The notes under the pieces: generated by a model
The model's database searches: none
Told to the model about the DNA's origin: nothing
Seen by the model: only the letters and a program-made list of their open reading frames with translations
Shown: one piece after another, positions 59,335-64,000 of the stretch
How positions within the stretch are numbered: the stretch's first letter is position 1
Layout of the letters: each line of letters opens with the position of its first letter
Position numbers and translations under genes: made by a program
Assembly (NCBI GenBank): GCA_964411565.1
Contig: CAYPLB010000001.1
Location: 180,757 to 244,756 of the forward strand
Reading direction: 5' to 3'
Length of the DNA stretch: 64,000 nt
DNA from: Candidatus Woesearchaeota archaeon
GTDB lineage: Archaea > Nanobdellota > Nanobdellia > SCGC-AAA011-G17 > GW2011-AR17

Positions 59335-61037
59335 TATCTTCTTATTGCACCTGGTTGTTGAGGTTGCATTGGTCTTTGTTGAGGCTGTCCCTGTACTTTT
59401 GATGAAAAAGGTTTGTAAGGTTGTTGAGGTGCTCCTGGACTTGCAGGTGGTTTTCCTCCTCCTTTAAATTTAGCTATTATTTCATCAAGATAACCTTTTG
59501 AGTATGCAAAGTATCCTCCACCACCAAGGCCTCCTAATATTAATATGAATAAAATTATTAAAATAAGTCCTGAACCACCTTCATCAGGTTCTTCGTAAAC
59601 ATAAGTATCTTCAATTTCTTCTTCTTCCTCTTCTTCTACAACTTCTTCTTCTCCACCACAATCATCTGTACAGTCACCAGAGTCGCTTTCATAATAGTCA
59701 CAAACTCCATCTCCACAAGAACAATCTGAAGGACAGTTGTAAGAATTTTCATCCCAATCTGGATATTCACAAGTAGTATCATAGTTACATTCGCTTTCAA
59801 TACAAACAGTATCTAAACAAACTTCTCCAGAATCACAATCATCATCAGTTGAACAAGTTCCTGTACTAGTAACAACCTCTTCTTCCTCTTCAGGTTCTTC
59901 ATCATCTACAATTTCATATTCAGTTACAGTAACATCTTCTTCTGAGAAAGCACCATATAAAGCCATTGATGTATCTTCAATATTTTCAACCCAATTACCA
60001 TCATCATTTTGTTCGTCTCTTAGGAAAGATTTTGCATTTTCAACTTCTTCTTCATATTCTGTTGAATCACTTAATGCAAGAACTGCAAGACCAGTTGTAA
60101 AAACATTTCTATCAAAACTTCCATCACTCTTTTGTAGTCCGACAATGTCTGATAAATAAGTTTCATCTGAAGTTATTAAATATAATAAAGCTGCTTCTTC
60201 AGCAGAAGTTGAGTCATAAGATTCCTTTAAGTAAATTAATGTGTTAACGTCACTAGTAATAGTCTTTAATGCCCAACCAGCCCATAAAGAAGCTTCTTGG
60301 TTACAAGTACTACCTGATGATTTTCCAAAACAACCATTGTTAACTTGGAAGTCAGCAGTGTCAGAGTTTTCATTTGCTATTATGTAATATGTTGAATCTG
60401 ATTTGTAAACTAAGGAAAGAACAACACTTCCTTCTAAAGAACTACAATCTACATCAAGTGTAATTCCAGGATTCGTTGAAATAAGATTTTTTTGAACACA
60501 TTCATCAAGGTCTAAGAAATTTGAATCATCACAACCTGGGAAAGAACCTTCTTCTACTTCAATTTCAGTTTCTTTAAGTTCTTCATCAAGGGTATAAGAA
60601 ATTGTACATGTTCCTGTTGAAGATGTAACAACTTCTAAATACCAATTACCTGCAGAATCAGAATCATCTAATGAAGATAAAAACCAAGAATCCCATGCAT
60701 CAAAATATGTTTCATCTTGTAATTCATTGTATGCTAAAACTGCAGCAGCAGTATCTTTTGTTGAACATGAGGATGAAGGAATACAAGAATAAGTTTCATC
60801 CATTTGAGAAATTAACCAGGATTCTGATAAAGAAGTATCATAACCAGCATCATCTAAAGCTAATATAGCCATAGTAGTAGAAAAAGTGTCGCTATTAAAA
60901 CTTCCATCACTACTAATTTGTGTAGATAACCAATCATATCCATCTTGTGCTGAAAAATTAGCAGATGCATTTACCGAAAAAGAAAGTATGACCAAAAATA
61001 ATAATATTAAAGTTCCTCTTTTTAATGTTCCTCTCAT
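59334..61037 (-). CDS. surface protein with prenyltransferase/squalene-cyclase-like repeats
   Basis: Q.SDGSF twice and QNDDGNW; signal peptide, Cys-rich stalk, TM and Pro/Gln tail. Confidence 0.75.
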   Translation of the reverse strand: MRGTLKRGTLILLFLVILSFSVNASANFSAQDGYDWLSTQISSDGSFNSDTFSTTMAILALDDAGYDTSLSESWLISQMDETYSCIPSSSCSTKDTAAAVLAYNELQDETYFDAWDSWFLSSLDDSDSAGNWYLEVVTSSTGTCTISYTLDEELKETEIEVEEGSFPGCDDSNFLDLDECVQKNLISTNPGITLDVDCSSLEGSVVLSLVYKSDSTYYIIANENSDTADFQVNNGCFGKSSGSTCNQEASLWAGWALKTITSDVNTLIYLKESYDSTSAEEAALLYLITSDETYLSDIVGLQKSDGSFDRNVFTTGLAVLALSDSTEYEEEVENAKSFLRDEQNDDGNWVENIEDTSMALYGAFSEEDVTVTEYEIVDDEEPEEEEEVVTSTGTCSTDDDCDSGEVCLDTVCIESECNYDTTCEYPDWDENSYNCPSDCSCGDGVCDYYESDSGDCTDDCGGEEEVVEEEEEEEIEDTYVYEEPDEGGSGLILIILFILILGGLGGGGYFAYSKGYLDEIIAKFKGGGKPPASPGAPQQPYKPFSSKVQGQPQQRPMQPQQPGAIRR

Positions 61038-61099
61038 GAATATCCCCTTTTTAATTAATTATAAAATAAGAGGTATCTTTGTTTTATAAAGATTTCTTT

Positions 61100-61333
61100 T
61101 TACAAGCTATCTTTTGCTTTTTCTATAAGAGGTAAAATTGCTTGAACTTCTTCTTTTGAAAGTCTTCCAAGTTTTGTAAATGAAAATTCTCCTGAAGCTT
61201 TTCTGTTTTCTCTTGAGATCTGAAGTTTTGGTGTTCCTTCATTATATGAAAATACACTTACTGTTATTTTTGTTGTGTCAAACTCTGCAGATTCTGTATA
61301 TATCTGCTTATCTAAACTTTTGTCGAATGGCAT
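61100..61333 (-). CDS. PC4/YdbC-like small ssDNA-binding protein
   Basis: SYNEGTPKLQISR...KLGRLS.EE pattern. Confidence 0.6.
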   Translation of the reverse strand: MPFDKSLDKQIYTESAEFDTTKITVSVFSYNEGTPKLQISRENRKASGEFSFTKLGRLSKEEVQAILPLIEKAKDSL

Positions 61334-61433
61334 GATTAATTGTTTTATTTTTCTTTTTAAAAAGTTTTTGTTAGTATATATAAGTGAATGGTTAAAAGTA
61401 TATTTTATAAATTAGCTTTTTTTCTTTAGGTTA

Positions 61434-61976
61434 ATGGAATTATTTGCTAAAGGTAAGAGATCTGAAGTTTATAGAGATGGAGATGTAATAATTAAAATTG
61501 AGAGAGAAGATATTCAAGCTGTTGAAAGAATTAGAAATGAAGCAAAGTGGCTGAAAATATTAAATAGATATAATATTGGTCCAAAGTTTATCAAAAGAGT
61601 TGATAAAAAATTGTATATGGAGTTTATTGATGGGGAAAAAATTTTGGATTATTCTAAAAATGCTTCAAAAAAAGATTTGAAAAAAGTTTTGTTAGATTTG
61701 TTGGATCAGTGTAGAACTTTAGATAAATTAAAAGTGAATAAATATGAAATGCATAAACCATTGAAACATGTTTTAGTTAGAAATGGAAAAGTTGTTATGA
61801 TAGATTTTGAAAGATGTAAAAATGTTTTGAAACCAAAAAATGTAACTCAAGTTTCTCAGTTTTTAGCTCGATATTTTAAAATTTCTGGAATTTTAGAGAA
61901 AGCAAAGAAATATAAAGAGACATTTAGTGAAAATGAATACAAGGAAGTAAGAAAATGCTTGACCAACACTTTATGA
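61434..61976 (+). CDS. archaeal RIO-like Ser/Thr kinase (COG2112-like)
   Basis: KG.RSEVY, IKI, NEA, MEFIDG, IDFE and NVTQ motifs. Confidence 0.75.
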   Translation: MELFAKGKRSEVYRDGDVIIKIEREDIQAVERIRNEAKWLKILNRYNIGPKFIKRVDKKLYMEFIDGEKILDYSKNASKKDLKKVLLDLLDQCRTLDKLKVNKYEMHKPLKHVLVRNGKVVMIDFERCKNVLKPKNVTQVSQFLARYFKISGILEKAKKYKETFSENEYKEVRKCLTNTL

Positions 61977-62680
61977 TCGATAGAAATATTCTAGTTAGAA
62001 TAGTGAGTATTGCAGATTTGAATAAAGAGGATGTTGTTTTAGAAATTGGTGGAGGGAAAGGAGCTTTAACAGAGTATTTAGGAAAGATTGCAAAGAAGGT
62101 TTATGTTATTGAAAAAGATTCTTCATTGTTTGATTTTTTAGAGGGTAAATTTGCTAATTTTAGTCATATCTATTTTTGTCTAGGTAATGCAATGGAAGTT
62201 GATTTTCCTAAATACAACAAATGTGTTTCGAATTTACCTTATACTTTATGTGAACCTTTATTGTGGAGATTTACTAGAGAAAATTTTGAAAGTTTAGTTT
62301 TTGTTGTTCCTAAGAAATTTACTGGTTTGTTAACAGGAGTAGTTGAATCAAGACTTAAGTTGTTAGTTGATGCTTTCTATGATTTAGAAATTTTGGATGA
62401 TGTTCCACCTGAAGCTTTTGATCCTCAACCAAGAGTAATGTCCTCAATAATTAGATTGAAACCAAAAAAAGGTAATTTGTTTTTGAGAGAATTTTTTAAG
62501 CAATATGATAAGAAAACAAAAAATGCTTTGAGGGAAATTTTGATGAAGAGTGGAATGACTAAACAAGAATCTATTAAACAAGTTAGCTTGTCAATACCTC
62601 TAAAAATACAAGAGAAAAATATTGTTAATTTGAGTTTAGAGGAAATTAAAGAAGTAATTAAGGGTTTCGTTGGAGAGTAA
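61955..62680 (+). CDS. rsmA: 16S rRNA adenine dimethyltransferase
   Basis: QHF, VLEIG.G.G.LT, SNLPY and F.P.P.V.S motifs. Confidence 0.92.
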   Translation: MLDQHFMIDRNILVRIVSIADLNKEDVVLEIGGGKGALTEYLGKIAKKVYVIEKDSSLFDFLEGKFANFSHIYFCLGNAMEVDFPKYNKCVSNLPYTLCEPLLWRFTRENFESLVFVVPKKFTGLLTGVVESRLKLLVDAFYDLEILDDVPPEAFDPQPRVMSSIIRLKPKKGNLFLREFFKQYDKKTKNALREILMKSGMTKQESIKQVSLSIPLKIQEKNIVNLSLEEIKEVIKGFVGE

Positions 62681-62691
62681 GTTTTATAACT

Positions 62692-63027
62692 TTGAGTTAT
62701 TTGTATTGTAATGTGAAAAGAAATAAAACTAAAGAAAAAAAGATTGTTAGGGAAAGAATTAAAATTTTATTTAGTGAAGCTTCTAAAATATTTTCTAAAA
62801 ATAAAGAGAGGGCAAATAGATATGTTCACATTGCTAGAAAGTTAGCAATGAAAGTTAATCTAAGTATGCCTAAAGTTTTTAGAAGACAATATTGTAAACA
62901 TTGTTATTCTTATTTGAAACCTGGAGTTAATTCTACTGTGAGAATTAGGGATAGTAAAGTAATAATCTATTGTAAAGAATGTAAAAAATATACTAGGATT
63001 GTTCTATCCAAAAACTCTAGAAAATAA
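62692..63027 (+). CDS. rnp4: RNase P protein component 4 (Rpp21)
   Basis: ERI..L, RYV..A, CKHC...PG and CKEC motifs. Confidence 0.9.
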   Translation: MSYLYCNVKRNKTKEKKIVRERIKILFSEASKIFSKNKERANRYVHIARKLAMKVNLSMPKVFRRQYCKHCYSYLKPGVNSTVRIRDSKVIIYCKECKKYTRIVLSKNSRK

Positions 63028-63456
63028 ACTTTTTTTCTTTTTTTTGAAAGGAGTAGGAACTAATTCTTTGTAAATTAAAAACCAGTGTCTTTGTACAAAT
63101 TCTCTCTCTCTAACTAACCAATGGCCAAAGCCTCGCTTTTTCATTTCTCTTGTAACAACTCCACCTGCATGTGGATGTTTGTATCTTTGTTGATGAGGAG
63201 ATTGAAAACCATGCATGTAATGAATTAATTCGTGAGCTATTGTTGTATCAATAATATATTCAGGAACTTTTTCATTTGCAAATAAACCATTAATAACAAT
63301 TTCAGAACTTTTATCTTTGTTCATTTTGATATGACCAAATTTATTTTTCCATCTACCTTTGAAATAAATATGAACTTTGTTCTTTCTCTCTAAATCTGGA
63401 AAAAGTAGTTCCCAAATGTGTTCTAATCTTTGTCCTAACCAAATGTTATCTCGCAT
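63004..63456 (-). CDS. SprT-like zinc metalloprotease
   Basis: HELIH motif with a downstream His (PHAGG). Confidence 0.75.
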   Translation of the reverse strand: MRDNIWLGQRLEHIWELLFPDLERKNKVHIYFKGRWKNKFGHIKMNKDKSSEIVINGLFANEKVPEYIIDTTIAHELIHYMHGFQSPHQQRYKHPHAGGVVTREMKKRGFGHWLVREREFVQRHWFLIYKELVPTPFKKKKKSLFSRVFG

Positions 63457-63507
63457 AGAAGTTTCTAGAGAGTAATAGGTTTATAATAATTTTGTAAAAA
63501 AAAGAAT

Positions 63508-63705
63508 TTATCCTTTCTTGAATCTTGCAATTTCATCAAGTAAGTCAACGTGTCCCATGAATTGAGCTCTGCAACAATATCTTTCTAAACCTAAATCATC
63601 CATAACATCTTTTTTGGATTCACCTTTAGCTACTCTTTCATTACATTCTTCCCATAAATGTGCAATGGGTTTGTTACAGCTCATACATCTTATTGGAATT
63701 ATCAT
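63508..63705 (-). CDS. rpoN: RNA polymerase subunit N (Rpo10)
   Basis: MIIPIRC.SC...RYCCR. Confidence 0.96.
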   Translation of the reverse strand: MIIPIRCMSCNKPIAHLWEECNERVAKGESKKDVMDDLGLERYCCRAQFMGHVDLLDEIARFKKG

Positions 63706-63709
63706 TTTT

Positions 63710-64000
63710 CTATCTGTAGGATTTTTGCCTCTTTGCTCTTGGCTTTGAGTCGTTTGGTTTAGAAGGTTCGGTTCTTCTTACGTCGGAAACTAAAAGATGT
63801 CTGTCATATTCTAATAAAATTTTCTTTAGACCTTTTGGATCATATTCAGCTAATGCTTTACCTACAACTAATCTTGCAGCTTCAGCTTGTGAATGCCATC
63901 CTCCACCTTTTACAGTAATATTAATGTCAATTTTTTTTGTTAATTTTTGAGCAAGAACTAAAGGCTCCATAATCATAAGTCTTGCCATTTTTGGATTGTA
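63710..64000 (-). CDS. rps9: 30S ribosomal protein S9, 3' part
   Basis: V.GGG..SQA.A.R, YDR.LLV.D.R and QKSYR end. Confidence 0.95.
   Translation of the reverse strand, partial: YNPKMARLMIMEPLVLAQKLTKKIDINITVKGGGWHSQAEAARLVVGKALAEYDPKGLKKILLEYDRHLLVSDVRRTEPSKPNDSKPRAKRQKSYR

Noticed and set aside
9325-60868. Many short His/Leu/Gln-rich or Ser-rich ORFs nested in long genes (e.g. 9757, 15467, 16620, 33095, 49854, 56935)
   Set aside because: Alternate-frame or antisense artefacts of biased codon usage in real genes.
61434-61976. Kinase as Bud32, the partner of Kae1
   Set aside because: Lacks the HGDL catalytic loop; better matches the COG2112-like archaeal kinases.

Overview
AT-rich archaeal chromosome segment. 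The gene content and style fit a DPANN (Woesearchaeota/Pacearchaeota-like) genome: topA, rpoL-sec11-tfs-pcn, stand-alone kae1, rnp4, rpoN/rps9, TATA-box promoters ~22 nt before start codons, and tRNA-Ile(UAU) with a BHB intron. The main feature is a ~25 kb cell-surface locus (9.3-34.8 kb). It has three paralogous, secreted, cysteine-rich 1100-1350 aa proteins that share a scaffold but carry unrelated central inserts, one of them a long Gly/Ala-rich membrane hairpin. It also has five genes with archaeal class III (pilin-type) signal peptides, a 1798 aa beta-propeller/Ig adhesin-like protein and the major S-layer gene. I infer this may be a host-contact or penetration apparatus. A second notable element is three direct copies of the tRNA-Gly(TCC) 3' end that delimit integrase-less cassettes, one with a RelA/SpoT-family synthetase and one with a chimeric S-layer paralog. 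Also present: a sugar-nucleotide operon, HEPN-MNT and PIN toxin-antitoxin-like pairs, three tRNAs and several interrupted genes. All calls are from motif recognition by eye; no database searches were run.
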